DNA of 40,403 nucleotides, taken from the NCBI GenBank assembly GCA_050331235.1, contig JBHJHA010000072.1, positions 1 to 40,403 on the forward strand, in the 5' to 3' direction. Every line of letters begins with the position of its first letter. Position 1 is the stretch's first letter. Below the pieces are notes generated by a model. The model had not been told where the DNA came from and did no database searches. It worked only from the letters and a program-made list of their open reading frames with translations. The stretch comes from Leptolyngbyaceae cyanobacterium (GTDB lineage Bacteria > Cyanobacteriota > Cyanobacteriia > Phormidesmidales > Phormidesmidaceae). The position numbers were made by a program, and so were the translations under genes. Shown here one piece after another: positions 17,220 through 27,459 of this stretch.

Positions 17220-19967
17220 CTAAGCTGAAGCCTGGGTCCCGTCCACACTCCCGAGAGTCACTACAAAATCGTTGAAGTCAAAGTCAGTCAAATCTTCAAA
17301 CCGCCAGACGTTGTCTTCCCGCTCGATCTGGCCCATCCCATTTACCGCGTCATCCACGGTTACGAGATTATTGAGGTTACCATCCACCAACAGCGCCGGC
17401 GCATAGTAGGAACCACCAGCCAGCAGGATGCTTTCCTCAGCAGTCGAGAGATTGTCAACCATCAGCTCCAATCCGTCGATGAGATTACTGCGAACTGCAT
17501 CTTCGTAGCCGCTGTCCCCCGGGTTGAGGCCAGCAACTTGGCCCTGAGCATTCGTCTCATAAAATCTGAGAATATTGTCGAAGGCCGCCTCGCGGGACAG
17601 AGTGACCTCAGCGGTCACCTCACCATCAAAGCCGGTCAGGTCAAGCAGCTCAGCGATCGCAGCCGGCGCTGGCTCAGCCGTTACGCTGGCAAGGCCCTGA
17701 AAGTTGACGTCGCCATCATCCCCAATCATGCCGAGGTCGGTAGCCCACCCAGTTGCCAAATCGACGGTATACAGAGAAACATTCGACAAAACGAAGGCGG
17801 TATTGTCATCAGGCGAGGATGACACAATGTCAAATCCGCCCAATGTATCAACGTCAAAACCCAAATCGCCAATGGTCTGCAAGATGCCGTCATTGGGCGG
17901 ATTTTGCAGCAGCAAGCTGTTGAGCAACGTGTCGATGTCATAGAGCTGGGTCGTTTCGGTGCCGGCAAAGGAGTTGGTGTAAGCCGCCGCCGTCACATTC
18001 GGATTCACACCCGCGTTCACATCGCCATCAGCAAAGGTCAAATCACCATCGACAATCACCTCACCCGTGTCAACGTTGATGCGGAAGTCCTGATCATTGT
18101 CGCCTACTAAGCGGAGGCGATCGGCCACCGGGTTAAAGTCAAACCCTGAGATGGTGCCCCCTTCAAACGGTATGGACAGCGTACTGATCAGCTCAGCCAC
18201 GTTGTCGCTAGCGGTCAAGTTGCGAATGATGGGGCCATTCTCTCCGATCGCACCCTGGTGCAAATGCACTGCGCTCTGAGGGTTACCTTCTGCGTCAGTT
18301 GTGCCGACCGGAAACAGGGGACTTGTGAGATCGCTAAAAGTTCCTGCGGTGCTGAGTTGGTTAGTCGAGTCGTCGTAGATAATCCCAAAGCTGCCAGTAG
18401 CGGGACCAGCGGGTGGCGTGACTGCTCCGACCTGTTGGCTTTCCTCAATGGCAATACCACTGGCAACAATATCGTTCTCTAGCTCAATGTCAACTTGGCC
18501 CCGCAGTTCGCCACTCGCAAAGTTGTCTGTGTGCAAGTTGATGTAGAAGGCATCCTCTAACAACAAGGCCTCTTCTGCTTCGGAAAGCGTGAAGGCCCCC
18601 GCAAAACCACCGCTGGGATCAACGGTAAAGTTTCGCACGATGGGACCATTGGCACCGGCAACGGCATTGTGCAAGTGAATGGCACTTTGGGGGTTGCCCT
18701 CAACATCAGTCTCACCAACTGGCATCAGGTCACTCGTGAGGTCACTGAAGGAGCCGGTAATCGTCAGGGCATTGGTACTGTCGTCATACACCACATCAAA
18801 CGTACCGGTCGCTGGACCATCCGGCACAGCATTGCCCACTTGCTGCACCTCTGACATCGTTAGCACCCGGGCCACGCCATCGTCCTCAAGCTCAACGTCG
18901 ACCTGCCCACGGAGCTCGCCACTATTGTAGTAGTGGGTGTGCAGATTGAGGTATAGACCGCCCTCTTCTAGCCGCGTTTGCTCCGCATCAGTGAGGGTGA
19001 AAGATCCGTTAAAGTCACCGCTAGCGAATCCTGTGGGGTCAATCGTATAGATCTCGTTAGCCGTGGTGAGGCCATACACCAGACCGTTGGCGGGGCGGGT
19101 ATCGATCCCCAGCAATGCGCCATTGACCCCCATAACCGGGATAGACATCGTATCGGCTGGGCTCGTCGGGTCAAAAGACACCAGCGTGTTGCCATCGGTT
19201 AATGCTAACAGTTGGGCAGCGGCCGCAGCCCCCATGAATTGGGGTTGAATGGTTCCTCCGGCAACGGGAGCCGTGATACGGAAAGCTTCGCCATTACCCA
19301 AATCCAGACCGGCTGGAGCACTGCCCATGGCCGCAGCATCGATCGCCTCGGAAATCTCCGTGGGAATGGTCAAGCCATGTAGCACAACTTCCCGGTTAGA
19401 CAGCGGCATCAAGTTGTTGTACTGCCGTAGCTCATCGGGGTTACTCAAATCAAACGTGTAGGTGGTATCGAGGTTGAATTCTGAACCCGCCGGAAACAGT
19501 TCAGCGGGATTAATTTCACCGGCCCCTGCCAAGTTGAGGAAATGAGTGAGCGGCGGCGTGCCCTCGGGGGCAGCTTCGACCTGCTTAGCAGTCAGGTTTA
19601 GCACCACCGGACCGTAACTGGGTCGACCTTCTAAAAAGTTGAGAAAGCCGTCGCCATCCACATCGCTATCCGCCAGGGTAGGTAGGACAGAATTGGCCGC
19701 TGTGCCACCCGTGCCGTCAAAGAAACTGCCATCACCTTGCTCTAGCAGGGGGCGATCGCCGTTACCCGCAAATTGTCCGTGGATATGGGCAACGTGGATG
19801 CCTCCGATGGCGGTGAGATCTTCCAGATCAGTCGCATCGAGCTGAACGCGCAGGGTCCGAGTCGTTGCAGTCGGCGCGTCCAGGGTCAAGATGGCATCCC
19901 CCATCGCCGTGGAGTCAAAGGGCTCAGCTCCGTTGAGGGTGAATAGATTAGTCGTAAACTGTTGCAT
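17220..19967 (-). CDS. Acidic extracellular mosaic protein: CHRD-like domains + DUF4394 + C-terminal DUF4114-like domain
   Basis: CHRD motifs (HLH..AGANGP, YINLHT....GELRGQV); DUF4394 motifs (GIDTRPANG, FDFNPVADRLR, AAAYTNS, QNPPNDG); C-terminal FEDLTDFDFNDFVV. Start placed at ATG 19967. Confidence 0.8.
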   Translation of the reverse strand: MQQFTTNLFTLNGAEPFDSTAMGDAILTLDAPTATTRTLRVQLDATDLEDLTAIGGIHVAHIHGQFAGNGDRPLLEQGDGSFFDGTGGTAANSVLPTLADSDVDGDGFLNFLEGRPSYGPVVLNLTAKQVEAAPEGTPPLTHFLNLAGAGEINPAELFPAGSEFNLDTTYTFDLSNPDELRQYNNLMPLSNREVVLHGLTIPTEISEAIDAAAMGSAPAGLDLGNGEAFRITAPVAGGTIQPQFMGAAAAAQLLALTDGNTLVSFDPTSPADTMSIPVMGVNGALLGIDTRPANGLVYGLTTANEIYTIDPTGFASGDFNGSFTLTDAEQTRLEEGGLYLNLHTHYYNSGELRGQVDVELEDDGVARVLTMSEVQQVGNAVPDGPATGTFDVVYDDSTNALTITGSFSDLTSDLMPVGETDVEGNPQSAIHLHNAVAGANGPIVRNFTVDPSGGFAGAFTLSEAEEALLLEDAFYINLHTDNFASGELRGQVDIELENDIVASGIAIEESQQVGAVTPPAGPATGSFGIIYDDSTNQLSTAGTFSDLTSPLFPVGTTDAEGNPQSAVHLHQGAIGENGPIIRNLTASDNVAELISTLSIPFEGGTISGFDFNPVADRLRLVGDNDQDFRINVDTGEVIVDGDLTFADGDVNAGVNPNVTAAAYTNSFAGTETTQLYDIDTLLNSLLLQNPPNDGILQTIGDLGFDVDTLGGFDIVSSSPDDNTAFVLSNVSLYTVDLATGWATDLGMIGDDGDVNFQGLASVTAEPAPAAIAELLDLTGFDGEVTAEVTLSREAAFDNILRFYETNAQGQVAGLNPGDSGYEDAVRSNLIDGLELMVDNLSTAEESILLAGGSYYAPALLVDGNLNNLVTVDDAVNGMGQIEREDNVWRFEDLTDFDFNDFVVTLGSVDGTQASA

Positions 19968-20664
19968 GGAAATTTGCTCTAGCGTTACTTCATTGCGAGG
20001 TCTAGGCGATCGCAAACTGATGGGGGCATAGGTCAGCCAACAGCCATTGCGAGCCATGCAAGCAACAACACTTCCCGATGAATGGCAGTGTTATCACCAA
20101 CGCTTAAAGTACGAAGGCCCCCCACCCAACGGTTTTAAATCCCAAGCTTTCTCCAGTATTCAGGAGCGGCCACTAAGAGGCGTGAACGCCTTGGATATCT
20201 CCAAACGTCGGTTCCGGCAAAGCTGGCACCAGCAGCAACGATGGGAGGCTTTTCTAGAACAGCGGCGAAGGATCCCCCTCAGCCTCTGGGGCGATATGCC
20301 CCCGTGGATAGCTAGCCAGCTCAAGCAGAACCCTTACGAGGGAAAATGTCCTGATAGATACCCACCCCAGAGTGTCGCGATCGCAGCTGAGTCAGCGGCC
20401 CGCCGCGTGGGATAAAAAGACCAGATGAATTTTTCAATGTCTGCCGCAGAACCATCGATCGATGGGGAAGTTCCACGTTACGCTGGAATGGCTGAAAGTT
20501 TGAATGGGCAAGCTACTCATACATTTTCATGAAATTGCTCGTAATGACGTTAGATCTTCAGCAATGGGCATCATCGCCCCGCATAATGCCTGAATTTTGC
20601 CGCTGGGTATGATCTTTGGCTTCGGGCTACACACAACAACTTCAAGCATTGCGACATCTGAGTT

Positions 20665-22902
20665 ATGAATCCCATCACCCAGCTCAAAGCTAAGCTCCCC
20701 TCGCCCCTCCGTCGACTAGCCGACTTGGCTTATAACTACTGGTGGAGCTGGACGCCCGATCGCATGTCGCTATTCAGTGTTATTGAGCCTACGGTTTGGC
20801 AAACCTGTTATCACAATCCCGTCGCCCTGCTAGAGGCCGTCAGCTACGAGCGCCTCTCAGAAATTGCGGAAAACCCCGACTACTTAAAGCGGCTACAGAT
20901 TTTAGCCAATCAGTTTGATGCCTACATGCGCGAGCGGTCTACCTGGGGCAGCCGAGTCGCGCCTCACCTCTCCCCAGAGGAGCCCGTGGCGTACTTTTGC
21001 CTAGAGTACGGCATTCACGAGTCGCTATATACCTACTGTGGGGGATTGGGCGTTCTTGCCGGCGACTTCTTAAAGTCAGCCTCTGACTTGGGTGTGCCCC
21101 TGGTCAGCGTGGGCCTGCTTTATAAACAAGGCTACGTTTGTCAACGTCTCAATCGCAGCGGTTGGCAAGAAGATTTCTATCGCGACAATGACTTTGAGCA
21201 TATGCCCTTAGAACTGGTGCGCGATGAATATGGTCAGCCCGTCACTGTTAAGGTTACGGTGCGACAGCGCACCGTGCGAGTACAAGCATGGAAAGCCCGT
21301 ATCGGCCGGGTAGATCTCTATCTGTTAGATGCCGATCGCCCCGATAACGATCCGATCGATCGCAAACTCACCGGCCGACTTTACGGGGGCAATCGTGAGA
21401 CTCGCTTAGCACAGCAAATCTTGTTGGGCATTGGTGGCGTGCAAGTGCTACATGCCTTAGAAATTGAACCGTCGGTATATCACATCAATGAGGGCAGCTC
21501 TGCCTTTGCCTTGCTGGAGGCAGTGCGCCAAGAGATGGAGTATGGCGGCAGCACCTTTGATGAGGCGCAAACTTGGGTGCGCAATCGCGCTGTCTTTACC
21601 ACCCACACGCCGGTGACCGATGGCAACAACGCCTTCTCCGCTGACATGATGGACTCGTTTTTTGGGCACTACTGGCCCCAACTAGAGCTCGAACGCGAAG
21701 AGTTTCTTAACCTGGGAGCTCGGCGTATTGGTGATCCGTGGGAACCGTTTAGTCTGTCTGTGCTAGCCCTGCGCATGACGCGCAAAGCTAACGGCGTAAG
21801 CCGCCGCCACGGCGATGTGTCACGACAGATGTGGCAAATTCTGTACCCCGACCAGTCGGAAGAGTCGGTACCCATTGGCCATATTACAAATGGGGCCCAT
21901 CTTAGTAGTTGGACAGCACCGCTCCTAGTGGATTTATATAGTCAGCATTTAGGACGTGATTGGTCACGGCTACGATTTGATACGGATAATCCTTGGAACG
22001 ATATTGAGCTGCAGCGGGCCAGTAAAGAGCTGTGGCAAACCGTTGATACAATTCCCGATCGCGAGTTGTGGCAGCGTCACTGCATCCTCAAAGAACGACT
22101 GATTGCTTACACCCGAGCGCGCGTCTTGGCTTCCCGTTTAGATCGAAAAGAGGCTAAAGACGACATCACAGCCGTTGAACAGCTCCTTGATCCACAGGTG
22201 CTGACTCTCGGGTTTGCCCGTCGGTTTAGCCCTTACAAACGGGGCGCACTGATTTTCAAAGATTTGCAGCGGGCTATTCGCATTTTTTCCCATAGCCGTC
22301 GCCCCATTCAAATTATTTTTGCTGGGAAGGCTCGCCCAGGCGACGACGAAGGCAAGCGTATCATTCAACGGTTAATGGAGTGGTGCCGACATCCGGCGCT
22401 GCGCGATCGCGTCGCGTTCATCGAAGACTACGATATGTTCACCGCCAAGCTGATGGTGCACGGCGTAGATGTCTGGCTCAACACGCCTCGCCGGCCCACC
22501 GAGGCCTGTGGTACCAGCGGGCAAAAAGCGGCGGCTAACGGCGTGATTAACTTAAGTGTGGCCGACGGCTGGTGGTGTGAAGGATATCAACCGGGCCGGG
22601 CGGGCCAACCGAGCAACGGCTGGACAATTGGCGAAGAAGTCGACAGCAGTGACCAAGAGCATCAGGATCAGATTGATGCCGATGCGCTTTACACGCTGCT
22701 GGAGCGAGAGATCGCACCCATGTTTTATGATCGCGATCGCCACGGCATTCCCCACCAGTGGTTGGCCATGATGAAAGCCTCGATTCGCACGAATGCCCCG
22801 TTCTTTAACAGCGATCGCATGGTGGCTGAATACGTCACTCAGGTCTATTTACCAGACGCTGCCACTGCCAACACCACCGTCAAAGCCGGCTACGTGGCAT
22901 AG
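20665..22902 (+). CDS. glgP: Alpha-glucan (glycogen) phosphorylase
   Basis: LAYNYWWSW, GGLGVLAGD, GFARRF, PLP motif EACGTSGQKAAANG...DGWW. Confidence 0.92.
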   Translation: MNPITQLKAKLPSPLRRLADLAYNYWWSWTPDRMSLFSVIEPTVWQTCYHNPVALLEAVSYERLSEIAENPDYLKRLQILANQFDAYMRERSTWGSRVAPHLSPEEPVAYFCLEYGIHESLYTYCGGLGVLAGDFLKSASDLGVPLVSVGLLYKQGYVCQRLNRSGWQEDFYRDNDFEHMPLELVRDEYGQPVTVKVTVRQRTVRVQAWKARIGRVDLYLLDADRPDNDPIDRKLTGRLYGGNRETRLAQQILLGIGGVQVLHALEIEPSVYHINEGSSAFALLEAVRQEMEYGGSTFDEAQTWVRNRAVFTTHTPVTDGNNAFSADMMDSFFGHYWPQLELEREEFLNLGARRIGDPWEPFSLSVLALRMTRKANGVSRRHGDVSRQMWQILYPDQSEESVPIGHITNGAHLSSWTAPLLVDLYSQHLGRDWSRLRFDTDNPWNDIELQRASKELWQTVDTIPDRELWQRHCILKERLIAYTRARVLASRLDRKEAKDDITAVEQLLDPQVLTLGFARRFSPYKRGALIFKDLQRAIRIFSHSRRPIQIIFAGKARPGDDEGKRIIQRLMEWCRHPALRDRVAFIEDYDMFTAKLMVHGVDVWLNTPRRPTEACGTSGQKAAANGVINLSVADGWWCEGYQPGRAGQPSNGWTIGEEVDSSDQEHQDQIDADALYTLLEREIAPMFYDRDRHGIPHQWLAMMKASIRTNAPFFNSDRMVAEYVTQVYLPDAATANTTVKAGYVA

Positions 22903-22940
22903 ATCAGGCAGGAAGTACCGATGAGGGGCCAGACGGAGCG

Positions 22941-23777
22941 ATGATCATTTGGGAAGCTGACTGCTATCGTCGGCCACTGCAGGACGATGCCCAAAATCCC
23001 CTGTGGGAGTTGCTGATTTGCGATCGCACTTTTCAATTTACCTATGGGGCCGTGGCTCCTCAGCCGGAGGTCAACCGTCCCTGGCTACAGCAGCAATTGG
23101 CCACGGCCCTTGCCAAAGCCGGACACCCCCCCGACGAGATTCGTGTCTTTCGGCCCCAATGCGTTTCGTTACTCACCAGTGCAGCCCAGCCCCTCGGCCT
23201 GGCAGTTCACCCCACCCGAGCCACACCAACACTTAAACAGTGGCTAGTGCAGCGATCGCAGTGGTATCCACAGCAACCCAATTATTCCGGTGCCGCGTAT
23301 GAGCCCCTAGCCCTAGAGCAACCAGCACCAGTCCCCATTCCAGAACATCTTTGGGGTGAACAGTGGCGATTTGGCAGTCTAGCCGCCCAGGACTTCCAAG
23401 AAAGCCTGATTTATGAACCGGTCCCCTTTCGGTCTGTGCCTGCAGAATGGCTCCCCCTCGGCATGGGACTGCCTAGCACTGCGGCTATTCCCGGCGTGAT
23501 CATCGATGCGGGACGTCGAGCCTGGCCCCTGTGTGAATGGTTGCAGGCGCAGCCGCCAGCGGCGTTGACCTACATTCCCGGTACCCCCGACGGGGTCATT
23601 CTCGAAACTGGGCTTGTGGACCGTTGGGTGCTCACCACATTTACCGACGCTCAAGTCGCCGCAGCGGGGCAGCAATTTGCCCAACGCCAGCAGCAGGCCC
23701 AGGGACTACACTTTTTACTCGTTCGGCCCGACGACTCAGGCATGACTTTCACCGGATTATGGCTGCTGTGCCGGTAA
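22941..23777 (+). CDS. Tab2/Atab2-family RNA-binding protein (DUF1092)
   Basis: MIIWEADCYRRPL...WELLICD N-terminus; GLHFLLVRPDDSGMTFTGLWLL C-terminus. Confidence 0.88.
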   Translation: MIIWEADCYRRPLQDDAQNPLWELLICDRTFQFTYGAVAPQPEVNRPWLQQQLATALAKAGHPPDEIRVFRPQCVSLLTSAAQPLGLAVHPTRATPTLKQWLVQRSQWYPQQPNYSGAAYEPLALEQPAPVPIPEHLWGEQWRFGSLAAQDFQESLIYEPVPFRSVPAEWLPLGMGLPSTAAIPGVIIDAGRRAWPLCEWLQAQPPAALTYIPGTPDGVILETGLVDRWVLTTFTDAQVAAAGQQFAQRQQQAQGLHFLLVRPDDSGMTFTGLWLLCR

Positions 23778-23827
23778 TGCTGGTGACCGAAAATGACGGT
23801 CTGGTTGCCAACGATATTTCAACCAAA

Positions 23828-23856
23828 CTGCCGCAGTGCTAGTAGCACTGCGGCAG
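23828..23856. terminator. Perfect hairpin between convergent genes
   Basis: CTGCCGCAGTGCTA-G-TAGCACTGCGGCAG (14-bp arms). Confidence 0.65.
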
Positions 23857-23892
23857 CGTTAAAGGGCTCCGGCTAGGCTTGTTGTGCTAACC

Positions 23893-24099
23893 TCAAAAGC
23901 CTTGCCGAGACATCATTTTCTCTAAGTCAGCTTGAGTTTGATGTAACAGGTTGCCGCGGCGATCGCTGTTGTGCGCCAAAGAAGGAACTAAGTTTTTAGC
24001 TTGTAAGGCCATGTGCAACTGCAAATGAGCGACGTAATCACTACAGGCTTCACGAGTAGACTCGAGACCTTCAGAGGAATGGTTAGAGGATGCCAGCAC
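23893..24099 (-). CDS. Small hypothetical protein
   Basis: Helical ~68-aa ORF (DYVAHLQLHMALQAKNLVP...LLHQTQADLEK) ending next to the hairpin; resembles a conserved cyanobacterial small protein from memory. Start uncertain (GTG 24099 or TTG 24117). Confidence 0.65.
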   Translation of the reverse strand: MLASSNHSSEGLESTREACSDYVAHLQLHMALQAKNLVPSLAHNSDRRGNLLHQTQADLEKMMSRQGF

Positions 24100-24505
24100 G
24101 CGTGATTTTCTCCGCAACAGAACTCAACGTTTCGATTAGTGTTGAAACTATCATGGTGCCGTTGCACTTGCGGGCCAGATGCAATGATCCGTAATGTTGG
24201 TCAGCAGTTCGAGCCCGCCGGCAGGCCTCTACACCAGCGGGGCTGATCAGCGTGTGCATCCCGGCGATCTTGCCCCTCAAGCTAGGCCACCGTAAGCGCC
24301 GCCCACCGGCTTGCCTGACCCTGCTACATCCTAACGAGGGGCCGTTTCACCATGCCCCCAGACCTTGAGGTTTTTCTGAAAGACCTCACCGTAGACGGAA
24401 AAATGCACTATCCTGAGCACAAGTCTGATGCTGGCAATGCCTGCCTAGCAAGGATGATAAAGCTCATTTGCTGGGCTTTATGGAGATTTCAAAACTTATC
24501 GGCTT

Positions 24506-24889
24506 GTGACTCAATCCCCCAAAATCGTTCGCTTAAATATTTTGGATACAGACTATGCCAAGATCGCAGCGGGCGAAACCATTCCCGCAGATCGTCAGCA
24601 GCGCCTGCAGTGGGATCAGTCCACCTTGAATCGCCTCAGCAAACAAATTGCGCGCTATCGCTATGACAGCCTAGATGAGCAAGGCCGCGATGATCTGTTG
24701 TGTAACATCGCCAACACTGCCGATTTATTTACTCTGGCCGATATGGAAGACATCAACGATCGCCTCCGCCGCACAGGGCGATTTTATCTCACCCAGGGAG
24801 AGCGCCAGCAGATTATCAACTGGCTCAAAGACGAACTCAATGTCGATTTAGAAACCAATCCCGACCCTGAGAATTGGGAACAGCCCTAA
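24506..24889 (+). CDS. Hypothetical protein
   Basis: 127-aa ORF with GTG start, GGAG upstream and a natural helical composition. Confidence 0.7.
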   Translation: MTQSPKIVRLNILDTDYAKIAAGETIPADRQQRLQWDQSTLNRLSKQIARYRYDSLDEQGRDDLLCNIANTADLFTLADMEDINDRLRRTGRFYLTQGERQQIINWLKDELNVDLETNPDPENWEQP

Positions 24890-25004
24890 TAGCGCGCTCG
24901 CGGGACAGAGAACTTGCCGTCTACCCCTGTCGCAGCCGCCTGAGCAATCGGGATAACATACCCCCATTGGCAGTACAGACCTTAGCAATTGTGGCGGGCT
25001 TCCC

Positions 25005-27032
25005 ATGTTTTATTTCAGCCGGTTTCGCCCCATGCATTGGCTTGCTTTGAGCATGTTGACGGCCTTTCTGGTGGTGCAGTTTTCGCCCTACCCGGCTTTA
25101 GCGCGGCTGGCCGATATCCCTGAGTTCAACGATCCCACTGATTCTGAGCGGTTTCTGGACACTATCAGCGGCCCCCATCGACAGGCGCTACTCGCTCAAC
25201 TCGCAGATCTGCCTAATGGTCAAATCGGCCTGCCCAATTTTGAATTAAGCGAGGACACTTTTCAATTTTCCAACTCAGAGTTAGTCCGTGCCATTGACCT
25301 GCAACGGGATGCCCAAGCGTGGGAAACGGTCTTAACCGAGCAGTTGGAACAGCTCTTTGGCACGCAAGTTTGCATTGGTTCAGAAATTCAGGCCTGCGTA
25401 CTCACCTCAGCAGCTCAAGATTGGCTGCAATCGCAGTTGGAAAGACTCAATCTAGGCATTGCTGAAGGAATGGCCGCAGCGGTCTTATCCCTATGGCAGC
25501 AAGATCCGCCGCCGCAAATTCCTTGGTGGCAGCAACTGATCAATTTTTTGCTCCAGCAAGTTGTCTTTGGCTTAGCGCGATCGCTCTTCGAGGTACAGAC
25601 TTTTGTGGCCAATCTCTTCTTAATGCAGGGGGTGCCAGAGGTGTTTCGGGCCACCCAAGACATCCGGGAAACCTATAGCCCTACCGATATTTTGCTGTCC
25701 ATTCTCAATATCTTTGTTGTCGGCTCTCTCAACCCGTTTACCTTGGGGATTTACCGCGTTGTCGAGGGGCTACTGACTGACGGCCACACGCTGACCCCCT
25801 ATGAAATTGAGGATAAAGGCGATGGCAAGTACTGGGTCTACGTTTACGACAGCAACTATCCCGCTGAGCGCCCCAGTACGCCCCCGGATTTGCATATTGA
25901 ATTTGACACCATCGCCGACACTTGGCGATATCAACCCTTACCAGATGAGCCCATCTTTGCCGGGGACGCCCAAAGTAAGAACATCGACCTCACCCAGCTT
26001 TCCTGGCGGCAGGTCGCAAAAGACGATGACCCACCCTATCGAGGGCCCTTTACCTGTCCCTTTTGCCGGCCAATCGCGATCGCAGACGCCGACCCTACGG
26101 TTGATATCACCCTAGTGGGAGAAGGACAGTTGGCCGTGACGCCCCTCGGCAACGCACCTGACACGGCCATGGCCCAGCCCGAAAATTTGGTACCTTTCAA
26201 AGGAGGGCTAAGTCGTGCCGTCCCAGCTAGCTACCATTTACCGGCCACCGCACTAGATCAGCCGCTGCAAGTGACGGTCGCGGGAACCGCCGCCGCTAAG
26301 ACTACGCAGCGTACCAAATTACAGCTTGCCGGCCCCGGCTACACAGCAGACTTTGAGGACCTTACTTTAGCGCCTGACAAAACCCTCACAATGTATCTCT
26401 TGCCGACGATGACCGGGCCGGAGCTAACTCTGGTGGCTAATGCTGATACCAGCCTGTCAAAGCTATCAATTCACCTCACTGACGACGCTCAAACCTATGA
26501 ATTTGACTCTTCCACTCCTGATTTCTTTGCCTTTACAGAGCGTCAAGTAGCCAAAAGCAGCGGGTTTGAACTCCGTCATCTTAATTTGCCCGCCGGCCAA
26601 CGCATGGCAATGACGGCGAAAAATGATCTCCAGCGGCTGTATTTTGCTGATGACGCGGCCGCTCCGAGCGATTATGAGCTCACGGTGCACAACCGTATCG
26701 TGATTCGCGATCGCATTCAAATTGGTGAACGACAGCCGGACTTTATCAACTACACCCTGACCTACGAAGAAGACTTACAGGTGCCCGACATCGCGGTAGA
26801 GGCTGGCACCCAGGCTTACTTTGACTACGACCCGGCTTTCATCGACCCCGCCGAGCAGCCCCGCGAGCAGCTGCTTCAAAACTTCGATCAGCGCAACTTT
26901 CCGGTGGCGATCGCCTACGAGCCGCTAACCCCCAATGCCAAATCGGGACCTTTGCGCTTAGCACCCGCAGTACAGTCGCCCATCGCCGAGCGAACATTTC
27001 TAGGCCATCTACGCAAATCAGACCGCCCGTAG
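25005..27032 (+). CDS. Secreted hypothetical protein, papain-like N-terminal region plus beta-rich C-terminus
   Basis: Signal peptide ending PALA; GHTLTPY...VYVYDSNYP motif; CPFC. Confidence 0.75.
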   Translation: MFYFSRFRPMHWLALSMLTAFLVVQFSPYPALARLADIPEFNDPTDSERFLDTISGPHRQALLAQLADLPNGQIGLPNFELSEDTFQFSNSELVRAIDLQRDAQAWETVLTEQLEQLFGTQVCIGSEIQACVLTSAAQDWLQSQLERLNLGIAEGMAAAVLSLWQQDPPPQIPWWQQLINFLLQQVVFGLARSLFEVQTFVANLFLMQGVPEVFRATQDIRETYSPTDILLSILNIFVVGSLNPFTLGIYRVVEGLLTDGHTLTPYEIEDKGDGKYWVYVYDSNYPAERPSTPPDLHIEFDTIADTWRYQPLPDEPIFAGDAQSKNIDLTQLSWRQVAKDDDPPYRGPFTCPFCRPIAIADADPTVDITLVGEGQLAVTPLGNAPDTAMAQPENLVPFKGGLSRAVPASYHLPATALDQPLQVTVAGTAAAKTTQRTKLQLAGPGYTADFEDLTLAPDKTLTMYLLPTMTGPELTLVANADTSLSKLSIHLTDDAQTYEFDSSTPDFFAFTERQVAKSSGFELRHLNLPAGQRMAMTAKNDLQRLYFADDAAAPSDYELTVHNRIVIRDRIQIGERQPDFINYTLTYEEDLQVPDIAVEAGTQAYFDYDPAFIDPAEQPREQLLQNFDQRNFPVAIAYEPLTPNAKSGPLRLAPAVQSPIAERTFLGHLRKSDRP

Positions 27033-27459
27033 AGAAAGACTGCTGCAATTAAATGTCATTTATATCACATAAATCTCACAAGGGGGTTACAAATAACTTA
27101 TACATAAGCTATACTGATGTTATGAACAAAGTATTTCCAATCACTCACAATTGAATTTTTCCAGCCTTAACCCACTCTCTCAAGTTTCACGCTTTTCTCG
27201 CAGTCTTTATTTTCAAACTCTTCAAAGCCATTTTGTCGGCCCATCTGCCTTAGAGAGTCACCTTTCTGCTCAACCTACCGCCGGCAAACAACAGCTTCGA
27301 AGCTTATTTAAATTTCCTATTGGTTCTTTTACTGCGCTGACAACCATCGCCTTGCCTCTCCTAACTGGCAGCGGCTCCGAGAACCTAGCGGCGATGGGTC
27401 GACTTTCTTCAATCGTGCCTACTCATTCCGAATGGCCGATTTTATTCACAACCTTACGC

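Noticed and set aside
20047..20415. 122-aa ORF in the CHRD-glgP divergent region
   Set aside because: TTG start and no motif; probably promoter DNA.
24174..24265. 6S RNA or SRP RNA identity for the long hairpin
   Set aside because: Too short for 6S and without its central bubble; lacks the SRP CAGG-GNRA-AGCAG motif. Kept only as an unnamed candidate.
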